Under the pieces are notes generated by a model. It saw nothing but the letters and a program-made list of their open reading frames with translations, ran no database searches and had not been told where the DNA came from. A DNA stretch of 64,000 nucleotides, taken from an uncultured Alphaproteobacteria bacterium (GTDB lineage: Bacteria > Pseudomonadota > Alphaproteobacteria > Rs-D84). Position 1 is the first letter of the stretch. Every line of letters begins with the position of its first letter. Positions 29,087-40,511 of the stretch are shown piece by piece. Both the position numbers and the translations under genes were made by a program. The stretch spans positions 385,364 to 449,363 of the forward strand of contig CALXOX010000001.1 in the NCBI GenBank assembly GCA_944390125.1. The letters are read 5' to 3'.

Positions 29087-29734
29087 ATGAAGAAATTTTT
29101 AATTTTAGGTTTAATTGTTTCTATGTTAAATGCATGTGCGACAGTAAATCCGTACACTGGCGAGGCACAGACGTCTAAGGCCGTTTGGGGAACCGCGATT
29201 GGCGCCGCGACTGGTGCCGCAGCAGGTGCGCTGGTTGCTAAAAATAGTGGTGCAGGCGCCTTAGTAGGTGGTCTTGCGGGTGCGGCCATTGGTGGTGGTA
29301 CAGGATATTATTTAGATGTACAAGAAGCAGAATTGCGTCAAGAATTGGCATCAACGGGTGTCAGTGTTGTTCGTGGAGATGACAGCATTCGTTTAATTAT
29401 GCCTGGTAACATCACGTTTAAAACAGATTCTTCAGATATAAATGCCAGTTTTTATGCGACATTAAATTCAGTGGCAAAAGTATTGAATAAATACGATGAT
29501 TCGACTGTAATGGTATTGGGGTATACAGATAGTACAGGTACTGCAGAATACAATCAGACACTATCAAAGCAACGTGCCAACGCGGTTGCGGCATATTTGC
29601 AGGGACAAGGCGTAAAAGCATCACGTTTTGAGGTTATGGGGTTAGGTTCTTCGAATCCTATTGCGTCTAACGCTACGGCCGAAGGGCGTCAACAGAACCG
29701 TAGGGTAGAAATTAAAATTATACCTAATAAGTAA
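29087..29734 (+). CDS. OmpA-family lipoprotein (YiaD-like)
   Basis: LNAC lipobox, Gly-zipper, GYTDSTG...NQTLS.QRA, NRRVEI. Confidence 0.93.
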   Translation: MKKFLILGLIVSMLNACATVNPYTGEAQTSKAVWGTAIGAATGAAAGALVAKNSGAGALVGGLAGAAIGGGTGYYLDVQEAELRQELASTGVSVVRGDDSIRLIMPGNITFKTDSSDINASFYATLNSVAKVLNKYDDSTVMVLGYTDSTGTAEYNQTLSKQRANAVAAYLQGQGVKASRFEVMGLGSSNPIASNATAEGRQQNRRVEIKIIPNK

Positions 29735-29738
29735 AATA

Positions 29739-29763
29739 AGACCCGCTGAAAAGCGGGTTTTGT
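29739..29763. terminator. Terminator
   Basis: AGACCCGCT-GAAA-AGCGGGTTTT. Confidence 0.8.
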
Positions 29764-29876
29764 TTCATCGTTGATTTTGTTTCCATTGCAGGACGTTTCG
29801 TATATAAGTTTATACCTTTGGGGAGGCTTATTACTTTATTTACCGATGTATTTTCTCTAAGTTATATAGCGTATGT

Positions 29877-30983
29877 TTATTTTTTGCCTTTGGCGTTATT
29901 TAAACGTAACTGACCGCAGGCACTTCCTATATCCTGCCCGCGCTCGCGTCTAATTCTGGTGTGAATTCCGTTTTTAATCAGAATGTCCTGAAATCTGTGA
30001 ACGGCATTCCCTGAAGGTGATGCGAAATCACGCTCGTCAACTGCATTCCACGGTATCAAATTTACCATGCAGTTTTTACCTTTTAACAGCACAGACAATT
30101 TTTCCGCATATTCTGGTGTAGAATTTAATAATTCTGTTTCCCCATTTGAATTCTTTTTGCCAAGCAATATATATTCAATCATCAATTGACGATTATGCAG
30201 GTCAGAAAATTCGAAAGCAGCGTCCAGCACTTCTTCTAATCTGTACTTATTGTTTATAGGCATAATTTGACTGCGTAATTCATTGGTTGGAGCATGCAAA
30301 GATATTGCCAAGTTTATTGGTCGTCCCCATTTTGTTAGTTCTTTAATTCCAGGTACTATTCCACACGTAGAAACTGTAATTTTTCGCCAGCCAATCCCCA
30401 TATCAGAATTTGCACGTTCAATGAATCCAATTACATTCTCAACATTTTGTAGAGGTTCCCCAGTTCCCATTATAACTATGTGAGACACATCGCCGTTGTT
30501 TGCATCGCCGTTTGGTCTAATTGGTTTATCTGAAAACTTATCGTTTCTTAATTCCCATTGAGCGGTTAAAATTTGGGAATAAATTTCGTTTACAGTTAAA
30601 TTTCGTTTCAGACCTAGTAATGTGCTGGCACAGAATTTACACCCCATTGCGCAGCCAGCCTGAGAACTTACGCATACGCTGTTTCCATAACTTGTTCGCA
30701 TCAGAACACATTCTATTTGTTCTGTGTCGTTTAGTTCTAACAAGAATTTAGTTGTTTGGCCATCAGAAGACTCCAGCTTTTTTACAATACGTACAGGCAG
30801 AGTCTGTGCATTAGCATCTAATTCTTCGCGCAATTTTTCTGGCAGATTTTTCATAGATTGGAAATTCGGCGCGCCCCTATCCAACCATTCTCTAATTTGT
30901 TTGGCACGAAACTTAGGCTGTCCCAGGTTCGTAATAAATTCGACTAATTCTGCGTCTGTGAAGTTAAATAAAATTGGTTTCAT
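29877..30983 (-). CDS. rlmN: 23S rRNA m2A2503 methyltransferase RlmN
   Basis: CVSSQAGCAMGCKFC, MGTGEPL, ISLHA, NLIPWN, ACGQL. Confidence 0.97.
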   Translation of the reverse strand: MKPILFNFTDAELVEFITNLGQPKFRAKQIREWLDRGAPNFQSMKNLPEKLREELDANAQTLPVRIVKKLESSDGQTTKFLLELNDTEQIECVLMRTSYGNSVCVSSQAGCAMGCKFCASTLLGLKRNLTVNEIYSQILTAQWELRNDKFSDKPIRPNGDANNGDVSHIVIMGTGEPLQNVENVIGFIERANSDMGIGWRKITVSTCGIVPGIKELTKWGRPINLAISLHAPTNELRSQIMPINNKYRLEEVLDAAFEFSDLHNRQLMIEYILLGKKNSNGETELLNSTPEYAEKLSVLLKGKNCMVNLIPWNAVDERDFASPSGNAVHRFQDILIKNGIHTRIRRERGQDIGSACGQLRLNNAKGKK

Positions 30984-31801
30984 AATTCGTATCTATCATC
31001 ATTTATAACGACTACGGCTTTACGGCGTAGTTGCTTTAGTTGTTGATCTGCAATGAACATTGCCTGCTTAAATAAAGCGTTTTGCTCAATCATATCGTCC
31101 AATTTCCCATATTCTGTGGTTTTCTTTGTGTCGCATACTAATAATACAGAACGGTCAACGACAGGCGACCATGTTAGTTTCGGTAAAGTTGCAACACGTT
31201 CGCGAATATCTTGGGCCAGTTCATATTGTAATGCTGTAAATTTTTGGGGTGCGCCGCCTAAATTACGTGCCATCTCCATTGCGGCATCACAACTGGACGG
31301 TTTTGTTAGTTTGGTCGCTACATCTGCAGGAATGTCAATCAATCGAATAATAGTCATTTCTATTGGCAGACCTTGTTCTTTAGCTATTTCTGCGCGCTCT
31401 GCAGCAATTTCTGCATCTGTAACATCAACTGTAGGTAAAATTGTTCTTGCAACGATTATTTGCCATGCAATTTCTGCACGCATAGCAGATTTTGCCATCG
31501 CTTTTTCTGTCGCTGACAACTCTCCAAGATTCATTTTCTTTAATTCTGCATCAACAGTATCATCATCGGGAATTGCATTAAAGTTTTGTGCGTACGCCAG
31601 TTTTACGCTGTCGTCAATTATATTTTGTAAAGCGACACGTCTGTTGTTGGTGGAAGTATTCCCCTGTTTTGCCATTAAAGTGGTGCGTGCTGTTATATCA
31701 TCATCTGTTATCGGTGTTCCATTTACAGATGCAACAACGGATGCCGCATAAGAAGGCAACACAAGTATTGATGATAATATTGCTACGAATAACTTTTTCA
31801 T
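30980..31801 (-). CDS. SurA-like periplasmic chaperone
   Basis: Signal peptide, VASVNG.PIT..D, C-terminal L..LRRKA.V; downstream of lptD. Confidence 0.75.
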   Translation of the reverse strand: MKKLFVAILSSILVLPSYAASVVASVNGTPITDDDITARTTLMAKQGNTSTNNRRVALQNIIDDSVKLAYAQNFNAIPDDDTVDAELKKMNLGELSATEKAMAKSAMRAEIAWQIIVARTILPTVDVTDAEIAAERAEIAKEQGLPIEMTIIRLIDIPADVATKLTKPSSCDAAMEMARNLGGAPQKFTALQYELAQDIRERVATLPKLTWSPVVDRSVLLVCDTKKTTEYGKLDDMIEQNALFKQAMFIADQQLKQLRRKAVVVINDDRYEL

Positions 31802-31819
31802 ATAATCCTTCCTTTAAAT

Positions 31820-33832
31820 TTAATAGCGCTGACCGTTGATACTCATTCCGAACTTGAATTGAAATGTAGTATTACCAACATAGTCTGATTTTACGGCGTT
31901 ATCACGACGATATTGCAACGACAAGTAATAACATGGATGAGTATAAAATATCCCGCCTGTATGCCGTTGGAAATGATTTTCAGTCGCGTTATATACTGCA
32001 TTAAAGCGCACTGACCAGCGTGTTGTCAATTGGACTCCAACCCCAGCCGTCAATTCATTTATAGCATCATCCATGGTATTTTCATCTATAAATTGCTGTG
32101 ACCAAATATGTCCAATATTTAAGTAATTTTTTCTCATTTTAAGATAAGCAGAAGTTTCCATATGGCGCAAAGAAAGATTTTCTTGGTCTAATCTAAAACG
32201 TGTTGATAAATTCAACCACTTCATATTGTTGTACTCTAATCTCCCAACATAATCAGATGCCCCGTTATGAAAACCGCTATTTAAGTTAGTTTCTGCTCGG
32301 TCATAAAAGTCATATGTTTGTCCAACAAATACTTTAAAAGTGTGACCTTTAGTGTTAAAGGCAGAATACTGTACACCATAATCCGCATATGTTCCGTTTT
32401 CCCATAAGTCTAATCCCGCATAGCGATTGTCCGAGAATAAAGTTGTGTCTGATAAGAAAGTTCCAGCAGAATCGTTGTTTAAAGTGAATTGATCTTCATC
32501 TGTTTCTCGCATAACTGTCAATCTAGCACGAGGCTCAATTATTTGTGTCCATTCAGAATCTATACGGAATAAAGGCAAGCTCCATTCTACGTAGCCACTT
32601 GGCAAGAAACGGTCTTTAAGCCCCGAAAATTCGGCAGCATCAACCATTTCTGTGTTATAGAAATTGTAAATATCATATCTGGCAGATAAACTTGCAGTCA
32701 AACGGTTCCCGCCCCAAAGAGTCCACGGAGACATAATTCTTGCATCGCCGATAAGACGCTGATATGAAGTTCCATCACCAGATATGCCCAAAACGTCGCC
32801 GTCAAATGTAAGATAAGTTTCTTTAAATAATGGGGCGGTTTGATATGTGGCTCGTATGTTAGGTAAAATGTTGCCAGATGGGGCAGTATAAGTCCCTGTT
32901 GACTGACGTAATTCCTGGAATATGTGCGCATCTGCAACGACGTAGCTAGATTGACCAAAAACTTCAATCTTTGCACCAGAATCCAAATATGGTTGATCTT
33001 CGTAAAAACCGTACTTTTGCAAGAATGTTTTATCTGAAGCGCGTTCTAAGAATATTGAAGCCCTGGCATAGTCACCCAGTTCAATAACGTCATTATTGAA
33101 GATATACCAACGATTTTCCCCTTCTTTATTATGGGTAAAGGCGCCCTTTGTACGGTATTCAGAATGGTCCAGATTTAATCTGTGTTCTAACTGGAATAGC
33201 GGATTTTCTTTTGTCAGATATGATGTTGTAAATGTCATATCATGATAGTCAGAGAAATTTACGTATAGTGGAATATTGACCTGTGTTCCCATATTATTTG
33301 TGGAACCAAAATCAGGCATCAGAAAGCCTGTTTTGTATTTTACACTTGGATCAGGCATTTCAAAGAAAGGCAGCCAGAATACAGGAATATGATAAGTCCA
33401 TAATACAGGATTAAAAAAACGTAGCATCCGGTCATCCATGTCATGAATTATTTTGGATGTTTGGATTTCCCACGCGTCTCCATATGCGTCGCAATCATCA
33501 CACGCAGTAAACATTGCTTTGTAAGCAATTGTTTCATTACCTTCGTGTACGAATTTGTCTGATTCAATATAAACGTGATCACCCAGCCATAATTTAATAT
33601 CATTACCGGATAACGTATCACCTTTTTGTGATAAATAAGAATCTGTTAAAGTCAGTCGTTGTCCGGTCTCATTCACTATTTCTGTATCACCAGATGTCGT
33701 TATTGTTTCTGTCTTAACATCATACTCTATTTTTTGTGCTGTGATAGTCTTTGGCGTTTCAATATCAATAGAAGCCGCCTGGGCAACCACAGGCGCTAAG
33801 CAAAGTACTAAAAGAGGCTTAAATTTTTTCAT
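31820..33832 (-). CDS. lptD: LPS assembly protein LptD
   Basis: FTACD.C, W.I....I.HD, P.FW.P, TGFL.P, EPR, LFSDNRY.GLD; beta-barrel C-terminus. Confidence 0.92.
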   Translation of the reverse strand: MKKFKPLLVLCLAPVVAQAASIDIETPKTITAQKIEYDVKTETITTSGDTEIVNETGQRLTLTDSYLSQKGDTLSGNDIKLWLGDHVYIESDKFVHEGNETIAYKAMFTACDDCDAYGDAWEIQTSKIIHDMDDRMLRFFNPVLWTYHIPVFWLPFFEMPDPSVKYKTGFLMPDFGSTNNMGTQVNIPLYVNFSDYHDMTFTTSYLTKENPLFQLEHRLNLDHSEYRTKGAFTHNKEGENRWYIFNNDVIELGDYARASIFLERASDKTFLQKYGFYEDQPYLDSGAKIEVFGQSSYVVADAHIFQELRQSTGTYTAPSGNILPNIRATYQTAPLFKETYLTFDGDVLGISGDGTSYQRLIGDARIMSPWTLWGGNRLTASLSARYDIYNFYNTEMVDAAEFSGLKDRFLPSGYVEWSLPLFRIDSEWTQIIEPRARLTVMRETDEDQFTLNNDSAGTFLSDTTLFSDNRYAGLDLWENGTYADYGVQYSAFNTKGHTFKVFVGQTYDFYDRAETNLNSGFHNGASDYVGRLEYNNMKWLNLSTRFRLDQENLSLRHMETSAYLKMRKNYLNIGHIWSQQFIDENTMDDAINELTAGVGVQLTTRWSVRFNAVYNATENHFQRHTGGIFYTHPCYYLSLQYRRDNAVKSDYVGNTTFQFKFGMSINGQRY

Positions 33833-34887
33833 TTTCTAAATAATACGAATAAAATCCCACTAAGTATAGCAAGAATTGCAAGGGCCAACAGCAGAAAATC
33901 GGTTACACTGCTAATCATATTTGATGTAGACATAAACAGTGACATTGCAATTGCCATTGCCGCGACGGCAACCGCCGGGGCAAAACTGGTCCTACGTCTA
34001 AGTAGGGAGGTGCGTAACAATATTGTTGCACATAATGCAGCTAAAATGAGGTTCATAATTGGGCCCAAAAAGCGAGAACTTAGTTCTGATAGAACCATTT
34101 TATGCTGCTTTTCTGATGGTGAGTCCAGAACAGATTTCACCAATGTCATTGTTGGAACACGTCTTACCTTGAATGATGTTTCGCCTTCTTTGTCTGCAAC
34201 GTTTAAGTCCATATCAAAACTATCGAATGTTCCGGTTGTCAAAGTATCACCACTTGCCTGTAATGAACCGTTGGTCATCACAATTGATAGTCCGCGCGTG
34301 GTTGATACTAATTTTCCTTTTTCGGCAAATATTGTTATAGGGGCGTCTTTGTCGCGCATATCTGATAGCATCACTTGGCTTAAATCATGCCCCGATACCT
34401 TATCTACATACACAACCAAGCCATCAGCCAGTTGAGTGAAAGCTGATTCTTGCAGTTTTAAATGCGCCAAGCCATAACGCAAATTCCATTGTGTCGAATA
34501 AAAGGTAGCTTGTGTTTGTGGTACAATCCATACGTTTAGTATGAAGTGAAGTACCGCCAGTACGGTGGCCAGCAACAAAGCAGGGCGGGCAATTTGTTTA
34601 GGCGACAGGCCAGAGGCAGCCATTACGGTTATTTCGTTATCAGAAATCAACTTGTTGTAAACGAAAATTATTGCTATGAACGTGACGAATGGCACAATAA
34701 TAGAAACAATAAATGGGACCATCAATATTGTCAGCCCTAAGAAACTAGATAAATCAACACCGTAATTTAACAAGAATTTCATCATGGACATAATTTGCAA
34801 CATCCATGCCAATCCTGTTAGCACCAACAGCAGCATCACAAAAATTGCGACAAGTTGGCGTGTAAAATATCTGTTTAATATTCTCAT
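33829..34887 (-). CDS. LptF/LptG family LPS export permease
   Basis: ILNRYF, YNKLISDNEITVMAASG.S, multiple TMs; upstream of lptD. Confidence 0.9.
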   Translation of the reverse strand: MRILNRYFTRQLVAIFVMLLLVLTGLAWMLQIMSMMKFLLNYGVDLSSFLGLTILMVPFIVSIIVPFVTFIAIIFVYNKLISDNEITVMAASGLSPKQIARPALLLATVLAVLHFILNVWIVPQTQATFYSTQWNLRYGLAHLKLQESAFTQLADGLVVYVDKVSGHDLSQVMLSDMRDKDAPITIFAEKGKLVSTTRGLSIVMTNGSLQASGDTLTTGTFDSFDMDLNVADKEGETSFKVRRVPTMTLVKSVLDSPSEKQHKMVLSELSSRFLGPIMNLILAALCATILLRTSLLRRRTSFAPAVAVAAMAIAMSLFMSTSNMISSVTDFLLLALAILAILSGILFVLFRK

Positions 34888-35028
34888 ATTTCGCAGTATA
34901 AAGCCCAAAACCCATAGCGTCAAATTATATTTAACAAAAAAGGATGATAAAAATTCGGGAAAGTGCAGAATTTTCTTGCATTTGTCTGATTCGGAATACA
35001 TAATACAAGTGTTCTTAAAAGATTTTTT

Positions 35029-35056
35029 AAGAGCGGGGTTGAAGAACCCCGCTCTT
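35029..35056 (+). promoter_or_regulatory. rimP-leader-like hairpin upstream of nusA
   Basis: Perfect 12-bp stem AAGAGCGGGGTT-GAAG-AACCCCGCTCTT, downstream of TTGCAT-N17-CATAAT promoter. Confidence 0.6.
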
Positions 35057-35098
35057 TCAATAAAAGAGACATAAAAAACAAAACGAAGGAGAAAGCAA

Positions 35099-36634
35099 AT
35101 GTCTTTTGTTTCTATGCCCCGTCAAGATTTGCTTCTGGCCATTGATTCTTTGGCACAGGAAAAGCAAATTGACCGCGAAATAGTTATTGAATCGCTAGAA
35201 GCAGCAATTGCTAAAATTGCTAAGCATAAGTATGGTGAAGAATTTAATATTACGGCTGAAATAGATCGTAAGAATGGGGCTATACATGTAAAGCGTTTGT
35301 TTGAAGTTATTGAATCACCAGAATCAAAAGGTGAAGAATACGACGCAAATACAATGCTGACTGTTGAAAAGGCTAAGAAGTATGCCAAGAACCCACAGGT
35401 TGGTGATATTGTAGAAGACGCGTTACCAGAACCAGAGTTTGGTCGTATGGCGTTTCAGACTGCACGTCAAATTATGACTGCGCGTGTTCGTGATGCGGAA
35501 AAGGGTCGTCAATACGAAGAATTTAAAGATAACATTGGCGATATTGTCAGCGGTGTTGTTAAACGTATCGAATTTGGTAATGTTTTTGTTGATATAAATG
35601 GCAAAGCCGAAGGTTATATCAAGAGCACAGAATTGATTCCTGGTGAACGTTTGGCGGTTGGGGATCGCGTTCGTGCTTTGATTATGGACGTTGCCCGTTC
35701 TAATTCTGGTCCACAGATTTTCTTGACACGTACGCATCCTATGTTCATGGAAAAACTGTTTGTTCAAGAAGTTCCAGAAATTTATGAAGGCATTATTAAA
35801 ATTAAATCTGTTGCACGTGCACCCGGCAGTCATGCAAAGATTGCTGTTGAAACGCAAGATCCATCTATTGATGCTGTCGGTATGACAGTTGGTATCAAGG
35901 GTACACGTATTCAGCCTGTTATAAATGAATGTCATGGCGAGAAAATTGACGTTATTTTGTATTCGGAAGACCCTGCTGTTTTCATTGTAAATGCTATGCA
36001 GCCTGCAAAAGTTGCAAAGATTATTGTTGATGAAGATACACGCAGTGCAGCAGTCGTTGTAAACGAAGATCAGCAGTCTTTGGCGATTGGTCGCCGTGGT
36101 CAGAACGTTCGTTTGGCTTCTCAGTTGACTGGTTGGAATATAGACGTTATGAATGAAGCTGAAGAACAAGAACGTCGTGCAAAAGAAGTTAAAGAAAAGA
36201 CAGAATTGTTCATTAGTGCGCTGGATGTTGACGAAATGTTGGCTCATTTGTTGGTGACGGAAGGCTTCAGAACAATTGAAGAAATTGCGTTTGTTGATGT
36301 GTCTGAATTACAAAGCATTGAAGGATTTAATGCTGAATTGGCCACAGAATTACAAAATCGTGCAAAAGCATATTTGGCTCGTCAGGAAGAGCAGTATAAG
36401 GAAGACGGACACAAATTGGGGATGCAGGATGACTTATTAAACTTTGATTTTATCAAGCGTCCTATTATAATGCAGTTGGGCAATGCTGGGATAAAGTCAT
36501 TGGAAGATTTGGCTGATTTGTCAACAGATGAGTTGGTTGAAATTTTGGGTGAAGACACGATGAGTTCTCGTTTGGCAGCACGTGTTATTATGAAGGCACG
36601 TGAATTGGCTTACGGTATTACCCAGGGTGAATAG
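35099..36634 (+). CDS. nusA: Transcription termination factor NusA
   Basis: FGR.A.QTARQ, S1/KH domains, EVPEIY.G, SLAIGRRGQNVRLASQLTGW, acidic C-terminal repeats. Confidence 0.98.
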   Translation: MSFVSMPRQDLLLAIDSLAQEKQIDREIVIESLEAAIAKIAKHKYGEEFNITAEIDRKNGAIHVKRLFEVIESPESKGEEYDANTMLTVEKAKKYAKNPQVGDIVEDALPEPEFGRMAFQTARQIMTARVRDAEKGRQYEEFKDNIGDIVSGVVKRIEFGNVFVDINGKAEGYIKSTELIPGERLAVGDRVRALIMDVARSNSGPQIFLTRTHPMFMEKLFVQEVPEIYEGIIKIKSVARAPGSHAKIAVETQDPSIDAVGMTVGIKGTRIQPVINECHGEKIDVILYSEDPAVFIVNAMQPAKVAKIIVDEDTRSAAVVVNEDQQSLAIGRRGQNVRLASQLTGWNIDVMNEAEEQERRAKEVKEKTELFISALDVDEMLAHLLVTEGFRTIEEIAFVDVSELQSIEGFNAELATELQNRAKAYLARQEEQYKEDGHKLGMQDDLLNFDFIKRPIIMQLGNAGIKSLEDLADLSTDELVEILGEDTMSSRLAARVIMKARELAYGITQGE

Positions 36635-36655
36635 TGATATAACGGAGTATGCTTT

Positions 36656-39064
36656 ATGGCGACATTGACACTTGGAAAATCAGTAACGATTGATGCGGTG
36701 CAAAGCAAGAAAGGCGATGCGGTGTTCGTTGAACGCCGCCGCCGTGTTGTTGCGCCTGGCAGCAAGGAATTACGTGAAGAACCCGTTGCACCTTCTGCAC
36801 CAAAGAACGCAGCGGATGAAAAGTTGCGTGCTGTGTTAGAGGCTGCAAAGGCGCGTGAAGAAGAACGTAAGAAACGTGCTGAAGAAGAGGCCGCACAACG
36901 TGCCGCACGCGAGGCTGAAATAGAACGTGAAACTCGTGAATATGAACAGGTTAAAGAGCAGTTAGCAGCGCGTGAAAATGTTGTCGAAGATACTCCGGAG
37001 GCGCCAAAAGAGAAAAAGGTTGCTGAACCTGTTGCAACGCAGAAAAAGCAATTTACGAATTCTCCGTCGCGTGCAAAGCAGAACCGTGATGAAGATGAAG
37101 ACGCAGGAATGGGGCGTTCATCTAAGTTTGGTAATTCTAAGAAAGATTTTAAAAAGACGGGTAAAATTTCACTACACGACATTGTGATTGGTGGTGATGA
37201 CGATGATGATGACGAAATAGGATTGCGTGGTGCAAACCGTCGTCGTTCAGAAGCATCATTAAAACGTTTCCGTGAAAAGGCGCGCGCAGTATTTACGGCG
37301 CCTCAGAAAGTTGAACACGTTGTGACGCTGGGTGACACCATTACTGTCAAAGATTTGGCTGCAGCAATGGCAGAAAAGGTTGGAAACGTCATCAAGAAGT
37401 TGATGGAAATGGGAATGATGGCGTCTCAGAATCAGACTATTGATGCGGATACAGCAGAATTGATTGCAGGTGAATTTGGCGCAAAGGTAAAGCGTGTAGA
37501 TGTGAAACCGTATGCCGACCAATTGGAACGTCAACCGGACCCAGAACATTTACAGCCTCGTTCACCGGTTGTGACTGTTGTAGGACACGTTGACCATGGT
37601 AAAACGTCTTTATTAGATGCTTTCCGTCATGCAAATGTCGCAGCGCGTGAAGCAGGTGGTATTACACAGCATATTTCTGCGTATGAAGTAAAGACAAAGT
37701 CTGGTGCAATGATAACGTTCTTGGATACACCAGGACATGAAACATTTACTGCGATGCGTGCACGTGGTGCCCAGATGGCAGATATTGTTGTTTTGGTTGT
37801 TGCTGCGAACGATTCCATCATGCCACAGACGATTGAGGCGATAAATCACATTCGTGCTGCAAAAGTTCCGTTTATTGTTGCGATAAATAAGATTGATTTG
37901 CCTGATGCAGATCCTACACGTGTTAAAACAGATTTGTTGCAACAAGAGGTGCAGGTTGAAGAATTGGGTGGTGATGTACAGTGCGTAGAAATTTCTGCCA
38001 CGAAACATATTGGCTTGGACAAATTAGAAGAAGCCATATTACTGCAGGCAGGAATTATGGATTTGAAAGCCGATCCAGATATGCCAGCAGTTGCATACGT
38101 GGTTGAAGCAAAAATGGAACGTGGTTTGGGTGCAACAGCAACTGTTTTGATGCGTCAAGGTACATTAAAAATAGGCGATGTATTTGTTGTAGGTGAAACG
38201 TTTGGTCGTGTGCGTGGTTTGATAAATTCTGCAGGTGAACGAGTAAAGTCTGTAAAACCAGGACAGCCAGTTGTTGTCTTGGGATTAGATACAGTACCAA
38301 GTGCTGGTGATGAATTACACGTTATGGAAACAGAAGCACAAACTCGTGAAGTTGCTGCATACCGTGCTCAAAAGGCTCGCGACAAAGCAAATGCTGTTAA
38401 ACGTTCTTCTTTGCAAGAATTGTTTGCGAAACGTGATGAAAACAAGAAGTTGACGTTGCCGATTGTATTACGTGCCGACGTTCAAGGTAGTGTGGAAGCA
38501 ATCAATGACATGTTGAAAGACATCAATACGGACAAAGTTGGTGTTGAAGTGTTGTCTTCTGGTGTTGGTCAAATTACAGAAGGTGATATACGTTTGGCTG
38601 CGGCATCTGGTGCAATTATAATTGCATTTAATGTTCGTGCTGATGCAGCTGTTCGTGACATGGCACGTGCGTCTGGTGTTGATATTCGTTACCATAGCGT
38701 TGTTTATCGCATTACTGATGAAATAAAGGAAATCTTGTCTGGTAAATTGGCGCCAGAAAGAAAAGAAAACTTCATTGGTTATGCAGACGTTATTGCTTTG
38801 TTTACAGTTGGCAAAGGTATACGTGTTGCCGGTTGTCGTGTAAGCGAAGGCACGATAAAGAAAGAAGCCTTTGTTCGCTTGTTGCGTAACAATATTGTTA
38901 TATACGATGGCAAGATTGGTGAATTACGTCGTGAAAAGAACGAGGTAAAAGAAGTATCTGGTGCTGGCGTTGAATTCGGTATGTCTTTTGATAAATACAA
39001 TGACTTGAAAGAAGGCGACCGCGTAGAATGTTACGAGGTTGAAGAAGTTCGCGCCAAGTTATAA
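36656..39064 (+). CDS. infB: Translation initiation factor IF-2
   Basis: [42 protein letters not shown]. Confidence 0.99.
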   Translation: MATLTLGKSVTIDAVQSKKGDAVFVERRRRVVAPGSKELREEPVAPSAPKNAADEKLRAVLEAAKAREEERKKRAEEEAAQRAAREAEIERETREYEQVKEQLAARENVVEDTPEAPKEKKVAEPVATQKKQFTNSPSRAKQNRDEDEDAGMGRSSKFGNSKKDFKKTGKISLHDIVIGGDDDDDDEIGLRGANRRRSEASLKRFREKARAVFTAPQKVEHVVTLGDTITVKDLAAAMAEKVGNVIKKLMEMGMMASQNQTIDADTAELIAGEFGAKVKRVDVKPYADQLERQPDPEHLQPRSPVVTVVGHVDHGKTSLLDAFRHANVAAREAGGITQHISAYEVKTKSGAMITFLDTPGHETFTAMRARGAQMADIVVLVVAANDSIMPQTIEAINHIRAAKVPFIVAINKIDLPDADPTRVKTDLLQQEVQVEELGGDVQCVEISATKHIGLDKLEEAILLQAGIMDLKADPDMPAVAYVVEAKMERGLGATATVLMRQGTLKIGDVFVVGETFGRVRGLINSAGERVKSVKPGQPVVVLGLDTVPSAGDELHVMETEAQTREVAAYRAQKARDKANAVKRSSLQELFAKRDENKKLTLPIVLRADVQGSVEAINDMLKDINTDKVGVEVLSSGVGQITEGDIRLAAASGAIIIAFNVRADAAVRDMARASGVDIRYHSVVYRITDEIKEILSGKLAPERKENFIGYADVIALFTVGKGIRVAGCRVSEGTIKKEAFVRLLRNNIVIYDGKIGELRREKNEVKEVSGAGVEFGMSFDKYNDLKEGDRVECYEVEEVRAKL

Positions 39065-39075
39065 CAGAACTGGTA

Positions 39076-39109
39076 ATAAAAAATACCGGCATTTGCCGGT
39101 ATTTTTATT
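39076..39109. terminator. Bidirectional terminator
   Basis: ATAAAAAATACCGGC-ATTT-GCCGGTATTTTTATT. Confidence 0.88.
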
Positions 39110-40454
39110 TGTCATCAAACGGATTTTCATCCTTCTGATATTCTATGGTTATTGGCAAATGTTCCCAGTTCAGCGCGGCCGCCAGCCCACGACGCAGATA
39201 TCTGGTATAAGATTCTGGTATATCGGAAGCCCCACCAACATTGATTGTTATTTTCATTGGATGACGTCCCGTTTGGCGCGCAAATTTAATTTTCATTGGG
39301 CGCTTTAAACGAGACATAGGTGGTTGACGGTCTGAAACTAGTTTTTCTACAATTCTGTTTATCAGGCTTGTTGGCGCGTCAGAGTTTGAAATGTCCCACT
39401 GTTCATATATTCGTCTGAACATATTCTGCACACCAGTTCCTGTTTCTGCAGATATTGCCAAAATCATAGGCTTTATTATCTGATGAAAAGAATTTGAGAA
39501 TTGATGTTTCAGTTTTAACAACTTTTCATCACGAATTTCTGGTTCAACTAAATCCCATTTATTCAACGCAACGCATAAAATTTTACCTGCATCATATATA
39601 CGTGCCGCGATTCCCAACGCTTGATTTTCAATGTTTTTTGTAGCATCTACAACCAATACGACAACATCGGCTTTTTCAATTGCGTCTAATGATTTTAATG
39701 CAGATAACGTTTCTACATCGTCCTTTACACCAGCTTTACGACGTAAACCGGCGGTATCCATTAAAATGATATCACGACCATAAAAGTTGACCGGAATTTT
39801 AACGGTGTCGCGTGTAATTCCAGGTGCATCCATAACAATTTGACGCTTTTGCCCCAATACACGATTTACCAACGTAGATTTTCCAACGTTAGGTTGCCCC
39901 ATAATCGCAATTTTTAACTTTTGTGGGGCGGAAGTCGTTTCATCAACTTTTGATGCATCAGGGGCTGTTTTATCAAGAAATTCGTATATGCTATCAAAAC
40001 CAGATTTGTGCTCTGCAGAAATCATGACGGGTTCGCCGAATCCTAATTTATAAAACTCATGGATGTCCGCCATACGTTTGCCGGATTCAGACTTGTTTAC
40101 TAATAACAAAACCGGTGCTTTCGTCTTGCGACGAACCAGACGCGCCCACTCGATATCTTCTGGTGTTAAACCAACACGTCCGTCAACAACAAACAAAACG
40201 GCGTTTGATTGTGCTATGGCATCCAAAGCCATATTCGTGGAATCTGCCGCAATTCCGTTTTTTGCATTTTCCAAACCGGCGGTATCAGAAACAGTCCAGT
40301 TTCTGTCGCGCATTTGACCACTAATTGTGTCACGTGTAACACCCGGACGGTCGTGAACCAGCGCGTCACGGGTTCCCGTCAAGGCATTAAACAAAGTTGA
40401 CTTGCCCGTATTCGGGCGTCCTGCAATAGTTAGTTTTAACATTACTTTTTCCAT
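39105..40454 (-). CDS. der: Ribosome biogenesis GTPase Der (EngA)
   Basis: Two G domains: GRPNTGKS/TRD/DTAG/NKSE and GQPNVGKS/TRD/DTAG/NKWD. Confidence 0.96.
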   Translation of the reverse strand: MEKVMLKLTIAGRPNTGKSTLFNALTGTRDALVHDRPGVTRDTISGQMRDRNWTVSDTAGLENAKNGIAADSTNMALDAIAQSNAVLFVVDGRVGLTPEDIEWARLVRRKTKAPVLLLVNKSESGKRMADIHEFYKLGFGEPVMISAEHKSGFDSIYEFLDKTAPDASKVDETTSAPQKLKIAIMGQPNVGKSTLVNRVLGQKRQIVMDAPGITRDTVKIPVNFYGRDIILMDTAGLRRKAGVKDDVETLSALKSLDAIEKADVVVLVVDATKNIENQALGIAARIYDAGKILCVALNKWDLVEPEIRDEKLLKLKHQFSNSFHQIIKPMILAISAETGTGVQNMFRRIYEQWDISNSDAPTSLINRIVEKLVSDRQPPMSRLKRPMKIKFARQTGRHPMKITINVGGASDIPESYTRYLRRGLAAALNWEHLPITIEYQKDENPFDDK

Positions 40455-40511
40455 TGATTTTTTTTCATTATAAAGCAAAAATATAAATAATCAAATTGGG
40501 GGTGAAAAACG

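Noticed and set aside
29764-29876. Possible small RNA or gene remnant between yiaD-like gene and rlmN
   Set aside because: Only a weak AT-rich stem (TATATAA/TTATATA) and no credible ORF; insufficient support
35423-36247. 274-aa antisense ORF inside nusA (also 31053-31751, 51341-51988, 36610-37182 and many shorter ones)
   Set aside because: Shadow frames opposite well-supported genes; no RBS or recognisable motifs
37190-37215. GAT/GAC run encoding poly-Asp in infB as a phase-variable repeat
   Set aside because: Imperfect in-frame triplets in a low-complexity linker
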